DNA of 64,000 bases, taken from Flavobacteriales bacterium. Its GTDB lineage: Bacteria > Bacteroidota > Bacteroidia > Flavobacteriales_D > Sanyastnellaceae. The notes beneath the pieces are model-generated. The model searched no databases and was not told where the DNA came from. It worked only from the letters and a program-made list of their open reading frames with translations. The stretch spans positions 2,973 through 66,972 of the forward strand of contig JAWXBG010000223.1 in NCBI GenBank assembly GCA_034439875.1. The letters are read 5' to 3'. Both the position numbers and the translations under genes were made by a program. This document shows, piece by piece, positions 27,076-35,730 of this stretch. Positions within the stretch are counted from its first letter, which is position 1. Each line of letters starts with the position of its first letter.

Positions 27076-29187
27076 TTGTCTCTTACGAAATCATATTTGT
27101 TCTTACTTCTGAGTTTAGCGTGTGTAGCTATCTCTGGGGTTTATTTTTTAATAAGAACAAACCAAGATGACGATCTGACCAACAAAATAACCCTCAGCAC
27201 CAGACAAAAGTCTACTACTCTGGAGCTCGCCGACATGTTGCGAGAGTTTTCGGACAAATCTGAAGGTAATGAAAACATCAAACAGGAGATTGATGAGATT
27301 GAAGTGATCCGCAAAAAATGGTCGAACGCACAAAAGGCTTTCGTAAACGGCAGCGATTTATTCAAAATTTCAACGTCTAAAAGCGAAGAATCAAATTCCA
27401 TTGTCAACCAACTTTCGCCTATATACATTCGCATCGGCGATCAATTGCACAATCTTTCACTCGAAAATGTAAATTCTAATGCTGAATTAGAAAGGAACCT
27501 GCGCCCATCATTAAAGCAATATGCGGAACTAGTGAATGATCTTTCATTGCAATGGGTAAAGGAACAAGAGCGAGAAAGACAAGTTTCATTTATTGTTCTT
27601 TTCATGCTCGTTGGCATTACATGTGTGCTCATTGTTGTAGGTTTCCTTTTGCTCATCAGACCATATATCAAATGGGCAAAACTGGCTAATAAGGATTCCG
27701 ATGCAATGGCCCTTCGATTAGAATCGGAGCGCAAGCAAAAAATTCAGCTTATGGAAGATCTCAATTTGCAGTTGAGAACTCCATTATCGGCTATCATAGG
27801 TACCGCAGAACTGATGGCGAAATCCGAGATGGATCCACGTCAGCAGGAAAGTGTGCGCTCCGTTTTGAGCAGTGCATCGAGTATTATAAATGTCTTAGAC
27901 GACCTTGTCGACCATTCGGCCATTGAAAATGGACTTATTCAAATGCAAAAGACTCGCTTCAATCTGCATGAGAATATGGAGCAGGTGCTAGAGTTGATTA
28001 AACCACTTTTGAAAAACCAAAGAACAACTGTTTCTTTTTATGTTGGTCAAGGTGTACCCGCATGGATACATCAAGATGAAAAGCGTATTCGGCAAGTGCT
28101 GCTCAATATCCTTGGCGATGTGATTAAGTCCGATTCAAATGCTAGTTTAGTATGCTCAGTCGAACTTATTCACCAGACAGAAGAGTTGGCTCAGTTGAAG
28201 TATTGTTTATCCGGGGTTGACGTAGAAATCGCAGACCAATACTCAAAATTGCAGAGGACTACAGAAGGTGTCACAGCACTGGGTCGCGAGTTGACGGCAA
28301 GAATCATTTTTGATTTAGGTGGCAGGGTTTGGAGTGAAACGGGCAAGGATGGAAGGGGAGTGATTTGTTTTACTGTAATTGGCGAAGTATCAACACTTCA
28401 GAATTTGCGTCAAGACCGAGATTTGACCGGCATAAAGGCATTGGTGATCGACGAAGATAAAACAAATTTGAAAGTTCTCATTCGTCAATTGAGTACGTGG
28501 GGAATTCAGTCTACGCCATTTAATAGCCTCGATCTGGTGGAAGAAATCATGGCAAGTGTCCTCAAGTTTGATTTGTGCATTATGAATGTTGATCAAGAAG
28601 GAGGAGAGGGAATAAAGATGGCAGAAAGGCTTGTTCAGCTATCCGGAAATAAGCTTCCGGTTATAGCGCTTACGTCAAAAGGAGGTTCCCTTGTTCAGAC
28701 CAATTCAAAACTGTTAACTACATTCTTGACAAGGCCTGTGAAACAAATAAGGCTTTTTGAAACCATTGCCAGAGTGCTCGATGTGAGTGAAACGGAATTG
28801 ATGAAGGTGAAACCAGGTAAGAGTGCTGATCCTTATGCTTTAAATGTGATTATAGCGCAAGACAATGATCTTCATCGTGCTGTTGCCGAGCGCACGTTGC
28901 AGCTATTGGGGCATAAATGTGAGAACGCATTCAACATGGATGAACTTCAAGATAAACTTTCGAATAAACACTATGATTTAATTATTGTAGGTGCAGATGA
29001 GAAGAAGTGGAATTCATTTAGTCTTACCGGAAGGGTGAGCAAATTAAATAGCAAAGAGGAAACAGTAGTGATAGGTATTGCCCAAGAAACAGTCAATAAA
29101 AGGGATGAATTTGATGATTTACTCACAGGAAAATTTACCGGGGATATCCTAGAAGAGAAAATCAAAGCTTGGTTTGAATTCGAATAA
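27076..29187 (+). CDS. degenerate hybrid histidine-kinase paralogue (pseudokinase with two pseudo-receiver domains)
   Basis: It has TM, periplasmic helical region, TM, then a DHp-like LNLQLRTPLSAIIG in which Leu replaces the phospho-acceptor His. The N box is LGDVIKS and the G boxes are lost. Both receiver-like domains lack the acceptor Asp (CIMNVDQ, LIIVGAD). The start codon is TTG. Confidence 0.75.
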   Translation: MSLTKSYLFLLLSLACVAISGVYFLIRTNQDDDLTNKITLSTRQKSTTLELADMLREFSDKSEGNENIKQEIDEIEVIRKKWSNAQKAFVNGSDLFKISTSKSEESNSIVNQLSPIYIRIGDQLHNLSLENVNSNAELERNLRPSLKQYAELVNDLSLQWVKEQERERQVSFIVLFMLVGITCVLIVVGFLLLIRPYIKWAKLANKDSDAMALRLESERKQKIQLMEDLNLQLRTPLSAIIGTAELMAKSEMDPRQQESVRSVLSSASSIINVLDDLVDHSAIENGLIQMQKTRFNLHENMEQVLELIKPLLKNQRTTVSFYVGQGVPAWIHQDEKRIRQVLLNILGDVIKSDSNASLVCSVELIHQTEELAQLKYCLSGVDVEIADQYSKLQRTTEGVTALGRELTARIIFDLGGRVWSETGKDGRGVICFTVIGEVSTLQNLRQDRDLTGIKALVIDEDKTNLKVLIRQLSTWGIQSTPFNSLDLVEEIMASVLKFDLCIMNVDQEGGEGIKMAERLVQLSGNKLPVIALTSKGGSLVQTNSKLLTTFLTRPVKQIRLFETIARVLDVSETELMKVKPGKSADPYALNVIIAQDNDLHRAVAERTLQLLGHKCENAFNMDELQDKLSNKHYDLIIVGADEKKWNSFSLTGRVSKLNSKEETVVIGIAQETVNKRDEFDDLLTGKFTGDILEEKIKAWFEFE

Positions 29188-29230
29188 TCCGAAATTCAAG
29201 TCATTTCTTGTTTTGAGAGGTGCCCTTAAA

Positions 29231-29402
29231 CCCAGAATCCGCATTGGGATTCGCTATGAAGTAGTAAACCCCACAGATAACAAGTGCTCTCGCCAGATTT
29301 TTATTTGATGGTGTATATTTATACATCAAGAATAAAAATCGAGAAAGTGCTTGATACCAAAGTGGGTTAGCGCTGCAATAGATTTCCAATGCGGATTCTT
29401 GG
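29231..29402 (+). mobile_element. 172-bp MITE-like element, copy 3 (solo, in unique DNA)
   Basis: Its ends are CCCAGAATCCGCATTGG and CCAATGCGGATTCTTGG. It is flanked by direct TTAAA at 29226-29230 and 29403-29407, between convergent genes. Confidence 0.88.
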
Positions 29403-29420
29403 TTAAAATTCCATTCCCAT

Positions 29421-30443
29421 TTATTTGATACCTCGAGCATTCAGCGCACGGTGATATTCGGCAGCATATTGTTGGTGCTGACTGTAACTGATCGAAAAAT
29501 TGTGATAGCCAGAGAAATCGGGTTTGGCGCACATGAATATATAGTCATGTGATTGTGGTTGTAAAACGGCTTCAAGAAATTCCTTTCCTACAAAGGCAAT
29601 CGGCCCTGGTGGTAGACCATCGATGAGGTAAGTGTTGTAGCGAGAATCTATTGCAATTTGGCCTGTAACTCTTTGCACACCATCGCCCCCAGCACCAAAG
29701 ACAGCGGTAGGATCCGCTTGAAGTCTGGTACCATTTTTCAAGCGATTTAAATATAACCCTGCGATTTTAGGCGCTTCTTCCATCTTCACTGTTTCTCCTT
29801 TTACAATGGATGCAAGAATATATGTTTTAATGGGATCTAGATTTTGTAACTGCGCCATTTTTTTACGATCATCATTCCAAAATGTAATGTAGTTTTTTTT
29901 CATTTTCCCGATGAATTCTTCGGGCGTTATCGTCCAGAATTCCTCGTAAGTATTGGCGAAGAAAATGCACGCAAGGATGTCTTCGTTTAGCGCCAACTCA
30001 GGATCGGCTGTTAGATTTCGAATGGCCATCAAAAACTCAATAGAGTCTGGTCTCAGAATTTTACCGAGTTTACCAGCGAGTTGTTCCAGACTTTTTTCTG
30101 CCCCAAATCTAACTTTCACAGGACTTTGATTTCCAATGCGAAACATATTTACGATTTGCTGATTACTAGCACCTCGTTTTATTTCATAGCGCCCTGGTTT
30201 TGTAAACTTCGAAAACCGTTTTATGGTACAAGTGATTTTAAAGGAATGGGTGTTTTGAATGATAGAATCAGCCTCGAGTATTGCTGTGAGTGCATCTACT
30301 TCCATTGACTGATCTATGAATACAACTTTTGAAACTCCGGTAAATGCGGTGTTGTGTTTGAAAATCTGGCGAAATACCCAATATCCGGCAATCGCGCTGA
30401 TTAAGACAATAATCACCGAAAGGGCCAGCAGTTTTTTCCTCAT
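29421..30443 (-). CDS. mltG: endolytic murein transglycosylase MltG (YceG-like)
   Basis: It has an N-terminal TM anchor and YceG motifs (ASIVKGE, YNTYLIDGLPPGPIA). Confidence 0.9.
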   Translation of the reverse strand: MRKKLLALSVIIVLISAIAGYWVFRQIFKHNTAFTGVSKVVFIDQSMEVDALTAILEADSIIQNTHSFKITCTIKRFSKFTKPGRYEIKRGASNQQIVNMFRIGNQSPVKVRFGAEKSLEQLAGKLGKILRPDSIEFLMAIRNLTADPELALNEDILACIFFANTYEEFWTITPEEFIGKMKKNYITFWNDDRKKMAQLQNLDPIKTYILASIVKGETVKMEEAPKIAGLYLNRLKNGTRLQADPTAVFGAGGDGVQRVTGQIAIDSRYNTYLIDGLPPGPIAFVGKEFLEAVLQPQSHDYIFMCAKPDFSGYHNFSISYSQHQQYAAEYHRALNARGIK

Positions 30444-30946
30444 GGCGCAAGAGTATGAAAATAATTTAGAACTTTATTTCCATTGAAACTACTTTCTCCA
30501 TTGGGAATGAAACCCAGTTTTGAAAACAAGGCAATGCTGGAAGTGTTTGAAGGGTGAATGATGCAATGAAGTTGATCCACCCTATTGCGTAATTTTAATT
30601 GTTCGATCAACTGTGCAATAGCAAAATAAGCAAAGCCCTTTTTTCGATCATTTACATCTACAATTACAACCCCAATTCCGGCCGATTTGTTTTGGCGGTC
30701 GTAGTTGAAGATGTCTATACAACCTACAATTTTTTCTTCTGACGACTCAATCATCCAACGTTCTTGTCCATCGCGATCGAGCTCCCCTGAACCATTTACA
30801 AACGCTTCAATTTCTTGGCGGCTAAAGGGCCCCTTGTCTTCAGTCACTTCCCAAAGATTCGGGTCATTTTCCCAAAGCATTATCATGTCTACATCCGAAG
30901 GAATGGTTTTGCGTATATTACAGGAATATTTTGCATTATCCCTCAT
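30440..30946 (-). CDS. GNAT family N-acetyltransferase
   Basis: It has a GNAT acetyl-CoA-binding region (IGVVIVDVNDRKKGFAYFAIAQLIE). I prefer the start at 30946, which gives an ATGA overlap with the upstream CoA-binding gene. It overlaps mltG by 4 nt. Confidence 0.75.
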   Translation of the reverse strand: MRDNAKYSCNIRKTIPSDVDMIMLWENDPNLWEVTEDKGPFSRQEIEAFVNGSGELDRDGQERWMIESSEEKIVGCIDIFNYDRQNKSAGIGVVIVDVNDRKKGFAYFAIAQLIEQLKLRNRVDQLHCIIHPSNTSSIALFSKLGFIPNGESSFNGNKVLNYFHTLAP

Positions 30947-31302
30947 AGAATACCTGTGGATAACATCACCAAAGTACATGCATTTTCTGCATCAATACCC
31001 TTTTCAAGCAAAGATTGCTCTAGGTTTTTATTTTCTGCCCCCGGGTTGAAGACAATTTTATGCGCGTTCAAGTGGAGTATCCGGTCTTCATATTCTTTCT
31101 GATTGGTTTCATTGAGGTAGATGCTGAGCAAATCGATTGCTTCTTCTTTCGGCCATTCTTGAGAAATAGCGATGTCTCCAATCATACCTTTGCGTTTTCC
31201 GATTGCATAGACCTGGTAGCCGGCCTTATGGAGCCTGCTCACTGCCATAAAGGAGTAACGTTCAGGATTTGGACTTGCACCAATTACAATAGCTTTTTTC
31301 AT
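30943..31302 (-). CDS. CoA-binding domain protein (YccU-like)
   Basis: MKKAIVIGASPNPERYSFMAVSRLHKAGYQVYAIG is typical of CoA_binding_2 proteins. I prefer the ATG at 31302. Confidence 0.75.
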   Translation of the reverse strand: MKKAIVIGASPNPERYSFMAVSRLHKAGYQVYAIGKRKGMIGDIAISQEWPKEEAIDLLSIYLNETNQKEYEDRILHLNAHKIVFNPGAENKNLEQSLLEKGIDAENACTLVMLSTGIL

Positions 31303-31373
31303 CTTGCAAAAATGCAACTATTACCAATGTTAATTAAAAATGGTCCAAAATATTTTGTGCGTTTGCAGTGGTA

Positions 31374-31449
31374 GATGCCGTTGTGATTTATGTTTAGTTG
31401 AATGTAGCCAAACGAAATTGGACTATAGCGTTAATACAAACGGTATAGT
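31374..31449. repeat. diverged S-type repeat copy (R5a)
   Basis: GCCGTT..AAACGAAATTGGACTATAGCG..AAACGGTATAG matches the linker, the right half of S and the AAACGGTAT tail seen in other copies. The left half is degraded. Confidence 0.55.
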
Positions 31450-31513
31450 ACCAATTCTGCCGATAAAATAGTGCGACCTAATTTATAATCATCAAGTGTT
31501 AAATGCCGTTAAA

Positions 31514-31611
31514 CGCAGAATCCGCATTGGGGGTCGTGTAAAGTTGCTGTTATAGGATAATGGAGTGAAACGAAATTGGACTATTACAGATAACCGAACG
31601 GTATAAGATTC
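31514..31611. repeat. solo MITE-end-like segment fused to an S hairpin module (R5b)
   Basis: CGCAGAATCCGCATTGGGGG (31514-31533) matches the MITE left end. It is followed at 31546-31592 by a full S module and the AACGGTATAAGATTC tail. Confidence 0.75.
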
Positions 31612-32000
31612 TTAAGAAAATCTCTAAAAAACTCTTTCACATTTCCACCAATGCATAAAATATAGGCATTTACAATTAACGTATTCAGGCCAAATTGAGT
31701 CGACTGGTTCACTAAATCTCAGTGGCAGAGCATCCACCATTGATATTTTGCGATTCTCTTGCAGGTTTGGGGGTAATCACAATCGTAATATGTGGAAGAT
31801 GGGCTGTTTTACTTGATTTTATTAGTCTTTCCCCTGCTTTTTGAATACAACGGGAGTGGTCCAAGAGCTTGGAAATGGCCGTCTTTTACGAAATCCTTGA
31901 TATGACAATGGCCGAAATGCCTTCCCTTTTTGAATAGAGGTCTTACGCAATGGGCCTCTGTGCTTATTTTTGCTCGGAAGAGTAAATCAAAACCTATATC

Positions 32001-32765
32001 ATGTCCTTCAGATTCCTTTGCTTGGTTGCCTCCATTACATTGTTGGCATCTTGTACGATCAACAGAAATGTGATGTTTAAGACCGATCAGGATTATGTCT
32101 ATGACAACCCTCCTGCGGATTCGGTGGGCAAGGAATACCGCCTTGCTGCGAATGATATGATCACTTTCCAACTTTATACCAATGAGGGGGCAATGATTTT
32201 GGATTTCACCACCAATACTGAATCAGGAAGACAGCAAGGTCTTACTTTCCGCGAGTTTGTATACATGATAGATTCCGAAGGATTTATTGAATTGCCCACT
32301 ATTGGAAAGGTAAATGTTTCAGGGTATACATTATTCGAAGCACAAGAGATGTTAGAAGGAATGTACGAGAACCAGTTCAATTTCCCTTATGCCCTTATTC
32401 AAGTAATCAATAGACGAGTCATAGTATTTAGAGGAAGTGGAGCAGATGCTCAAGTGGTACCCATGACCAACAACAACATTAGCGTGGTCGAGGCATTGGC
32501 ATTAGCAGGTGGGCTCTCAGCTCGCGCAAATGCTTCGAAGGTTAAACTTATCAGAAAGGTTGCTGGAAACCAAGAAGTTTATTTAATGGATTTAAGCACG
32601 ATTGAGGGCATTAGGTATGCGAACATGACAGTGCAAGCGGGTGATATAATTTATGTTGAACCAGTTCCGGAAATAGCATCTGAGGTATTGAAAGATGTGG
32701 CTCCATTTGTAACCATCATTTCCGGTTTTGCGTTTATCTACGCAATTTTTAATCGAGGTCTTTAG
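32001..32765 (+). CDS. wza: polysaccharide export outer-membrane lipoprotein (Wza-like)
   Basis: It has a lipoprotein signal (LLASCT) and Poly_export/SLBB-like sequence (GDIIYVEP). It lies directly upstream of a Wzc-type gene. Confidence 0.8.
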   Translation: MSFRFLCLVASITLLASCTINRNVMFKTDQDYVYDNPPADSVGKEYRLAANDMITFQLYTNEGAMILDFTTNTESGRQQGLTFREFVYMIDSEGFIELPTIGKVNVSGYTLFEAQEMLEGMYENQFNFPYALIQVINRRVIVFRGSGADAQVVPMTNNNISVVEALALAGGLSARANASKVKLIRKVAGNQEVYLMDLSTIEGIRYANMTVQAGDIIYVEPVPEIASEVLKDVAPFVTIISGFAFIYAIFNRGL

Positions 32766-32773
32766 ACATTTGA

Positions 32774-35191
32774 ATGGAGAATTTGGGAGATAGAAATATT
32801 GAAGAGTACAAATCGAGATTAACGAATTTCAGCAATGAATTCGATTTGGGTCTGTTTGTCTTCATAATCCGTAAGTCGCTCCCATGGGTTGTGGCTATCA
32901 TGTTGATTGCAGCAATATCAGTCTTTATATACCTCAGATACACACCGGTTGTGTATAATGCCAAAACTGTCATTCAACTTGGGGAGGATAATAATGCCAA
33001 CCAGATCATTAATGTAACGAATATTCGCGAAGACAATAGCACAGATGCCACCGTAGAACAATTGCGATCGAAACTATTGATTAGCCGCACGGTGGAGCGT
33101 CTCCCAATACGGATAAGTTATTTTGCGAAAGGGCAAATTCTCACAAATGAGCACTATAAGAATACTCCTTATGAAATAATTCTAGATACGATTAGAAGTA
33201 ATTCGGCCGTTGATAAATTGATTCCTATTGTATTTGCGGACAGTGTGAATTTTTCGTTTATATATGGAGGGATAAATCATGATGGAAAAAGAGTAGGTGA
33301 ACGCATCGATATTGGAGATTTTGTTTTCAAAGTGATAGTGGATAATGGGAAGTCATTACTGCGAAATGAGGAGGAGTACGAGCTTTTCTTTAGAATAAAT
33401 TCCAACTACTCAATGGTTAGCCGATTTTCGGAAGGAATAAACATTCGAGTGGCTAATGGTACAGCCAAAACGTTGGAAATTTCATTCCAGGACAACAATC
33501 CGATGTTGGCACGCGACTTTGTAACAGCCCATGCAGAGGAGTTTATCATATTCGACTTGGAAAAGCGGAGTCGAAGCGACCAATATGTTCTTACTTTTTT
33601 GGACTCACAAATTGACACCGTATTTGAGAATCTCAAAAAATCGGAAATAATGCTCAATGCATACAAGGAGGAGAACAAGGTAACTGATTTGGATGCAGTT
33701 GGAAAATCGTACCTAGATCGTTTGAATTACTTGGAGAACGACATTGTATCGCTCGATGTTGAGCAGCGCTTGTTGGATGAAGTTGAATCTCTGGCAAAGA
33801 AGTCGACAAGTAATATTGAAGTGAATAGCCTTGTTCCCTTGGTAGCCGGAAGCAGATACAATGCGATATTGTCAAAGTTGCTCGATGGGCTATACGAATT
33901 AGTGTTGCGCAAGGAGTCTGCACTTTATTCTATTACCGAATCCAATGATCGAATAAAAACGCTTGACTACAATATAAATGTGCAGAAGGCACTTATTCTC
34001 CAGAGTTTAAAAACCTTGAGAGAACAGATAGGTAATTCGAAGGCCCAACTCAAGCAAAAAGTGGTTGAATTAGAATCTATCTACTACGGATTGCCCACAA
34101 AGGAACTTGAATATGCTAGACTGCAAAGATTGTTTTCGATTAATGAGAAGTATTACACGCTTTTGCTGGAAAAGGCTATCGAATATCGAATTTCAAAGGA
34201 AGGATTTGTCTCTAATAATCAAATTCTTGAAGAGGCGAGGATACCATCGCAGCCTGTAAAACCTGTAAAAAAGGTTATTCTATTTACCTTTTTTCTAGGA
34301 GGGTTTCTGATATCTCTATCATTGGTAAGTGTAAGATATCTGTTGCATAGCAACATTACATCGCTCAATGAGATTGTAAAGCTGTCGAATGCAACCATAT
34401 CTACCATTGGTATCGTTCCAAAATTCAAGGAAGACATCCCGGTGTCGATGCTCATAGTAGATAAAAATCCAAGGTCACTTATCGCAGAAAGTTTTAGATC
34501 TATTCGCACCAACCTCCAGTTTATTGATAATACAGAAGGTAGCAAAATGGCTGCTATTACTTCTACGATCTCAGGAGAAGGTAAAACATTTGTCTCGCTT
34601 AATCTTGCAGGTATTATTGCCTTCTCGGGAAAGAGGGTCGTAGTGATTGACTTGGATATGCGCAAACCTAAAATCCACAAGGCATTTGACGTAGAAAACA
34701 ATCATGGAATGAGCACCATTCTGATTGGTCGACACAACATAGATGACTGCCTTCGCAATACCACTATTCCTAATTTACAGTACATTACAGCGGGCCCCGT
34801 TCCTCCAAATCCTTCTGAATTGATTATTGGTCCGAACATGTCAAAAGTGCTGACCGAGTTAAGGCAGAAATTCGATTTTATAATAATAGACACTCCACCG
34901 GTGGGATTAGTTACTGATGGGGTTGAGCTATTGAAACAAGCCGATTATCCTCTTTATATTTTTAGATCCGATTACTCTCGAAAACAATTTGTTCAAGTGG
35001 CCGACAAATTAATTTTTGAGAATAAGATTGTAAAACTTTCTACCATTCTGAATGGGGTGGATGTAGATCGAAATCGTTATTCCTACAAGTACAATTATGG
35101 CTATGGGTACGGTTATGGATATGGTTATGGCAGCTCGGGTTACTACACAGAAAATGGAAGTAAAAAGAAAAGAAGGAAGGGAAAAAAATGA
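32774..35191 (+). CDS. wzc: polysaccharide co-polymerase / tyrosine autokinase (Wzc/GumC-like BY-kinase)
   Basis: It has a Wzz-type N-terminal domain with two TMs and a coiled coil. The C-terminal domain is P-loop type (SGEGKTFVSLNLAG, VVVIDLDMRKP, IIIDTPP), followed by a tyrosine cluster YSYKYNYGYGYGYGYGYGSSGYY. Confidence 0.9.
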   Translation: MENLGDRNIEEYKSRLTNFSNEFDLGLFVFIIRKSLPWVVAIMLIAAISVFIYLRYTPVVYNAKTVIQLGEDNNANQIINVTNIREDNSTDATVEQLRSKLLISRTVERLPIRISYFAKGQILTNEHYKNTPYEIILDTIRSNSAVDKLIPIVFADSVNFSFIYGGINHDGKRVGERIDIGDFVFKVIVDNGKSLLRNEEEYELFFRINSNYSMVSRFSEGINIRVANGTAKTLEISFQDNNPMLARDFVTAHAEEFIIFDLEKRSRSDQYVLTFLDSQIDTVFENLKKSEIMLNAYKEENKVTDLDAVGKSYLDRLNYLENDIVSLDVEQRLLDEVESLAKKSTSNIEVNSLVPLVAGSRYNAILSKLLDGLYELVLRKESALYSITESNDRIKTLDYNINVQKALILQSLKTLREQIGNSKAQLKQKVVELESIYYGLPTKELEYARLQRLFSINEKYYTLLLEKAIEYRISKEGFVSNNQILEEARIPSQPVKPVKKVILFTFFLGGFLISLSLVSVRYLLHSNITSLNEIVKLSNATISTIGIVPKFKEDIPVSMLIVDKNPRSLIAESFRSIRTNLQFIDNTEGSKMAAITSTISGEGKTFVSLNLAGIIAFSGKRVVVIDLDMRKPKIHKAFDVENNHGMSTILIGRHNIDDCLRNTTIPNLQYITAGPVPPNPSELIIGPNMSKVLTELRQKFDFIIIDTPPVGLVTDGVELLKQADYPLYIFRSDYSRKQFVQVADKLIFENKIVKLSTILNGVDVDRNRYSYKYNYGYGYGYGYGYGSSGYYTENGSKKKRRKGKK

Positions 35192-35730
35192 CTTTTACGG
35201 AAACAGATTTCAAAGGACTGTTTGTCATTGAACCACGAGTCTTTTCAGATGAGCGTGGTTCTTTTATGGAAACATACACTCAAAAAACATTTCAAGAGTT
35301 TGTTGGCGAGGTGAATTTTGTACAAGACAATGAATCCGTTTCTCGAAAAGGTGTCTTGCGCGGATTACATGTTCAGTTGCCACCATTTGGACAGGGAAAA
35401 TTGGTCCGCGCTGTGCAAGGTTCAGTATTGGATATAGCTGTTGATCTTAGAAGACTGGAACCTACTTTTGGGAAACACTTTGCCCTTAAGTTATCTGCAG
35501 AAAATAGATTACAGATGTACATACCTGCCGGGTTTGCTCATGGTTTTCTATCACTCGAAGATCAAACAGTTTTTAGCTATAAATGCACCCATTTCTATAG
35601 TCGCGATCATGAGCGATGCATTATTTGGAATGATCCACACATTGGCATAGAATGGGGATCTAATGAAGTGGCCCTATCTGCAAAAGATTCACAGGCAATG
35701 TCATTTGCAGAATTTAATTCTCCCTTTTAA
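35188..35730 (+). CDS. rfbC: dTDP-4-dehydrorhamnose 3,5-epimerase
   Basis: RmlC cupin motifs are present (FSDERGSFMETY, RGLHVQ, KLVRAVQGSVLDIAVDLR, GFAHGF). It overlaps the wzc stop by 4 nt. Confidence 0.93.
   Translation: MTFTETDFKGLFVIEPRVFSDERGSFMETYTQKTFQEFVGEVNFVQDNESVSRKGVLRGLHVQLPPFGQGKLVRAVQGSVLDIAVDLRRLEPTFGKHFALKLSAENRLQMYIPAGFAHGFLSLEDQTVFSYKCTHFYSRDHERCIIWNDPHIGIEWGSNEVALSAKDSQAMSFAEFNSPF

Noticed and set aside
29231-29402. The 172-bp element could be a small RNA gene, for example a Flavobacteria-specific Rfam motif, rather than a mobile element.
   Set aside because: Copy-specific perfect 5-bp direct repeats and an internal empty-site comparison favour transposition. I cannot run a covariance-model search, so an RNA function of transcribed copies is not excluded, only not supported.
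31641-31668. ACATTTCCACCAATGCATAAAATATAGG could be a decayed right end pairing with the solo MITE-like left end at 31514, which would make a MITE variant carrying an S module.
   Set aside because: Only the inner ~13 of 19 positions match. The outermost CAGAAT/ATTCTG part is missing and no target-site duplication can be identified, so the evidence is too weak to call.
31809-32171. A 120-aa minus-strand ORF lies upstream of wza and overlaps it.
   Set aside because: It overlaps the well-supported wza start and signal peptide on the opposite strand. It has no recognisable motifs and an odd composition, so it is likely spurious.
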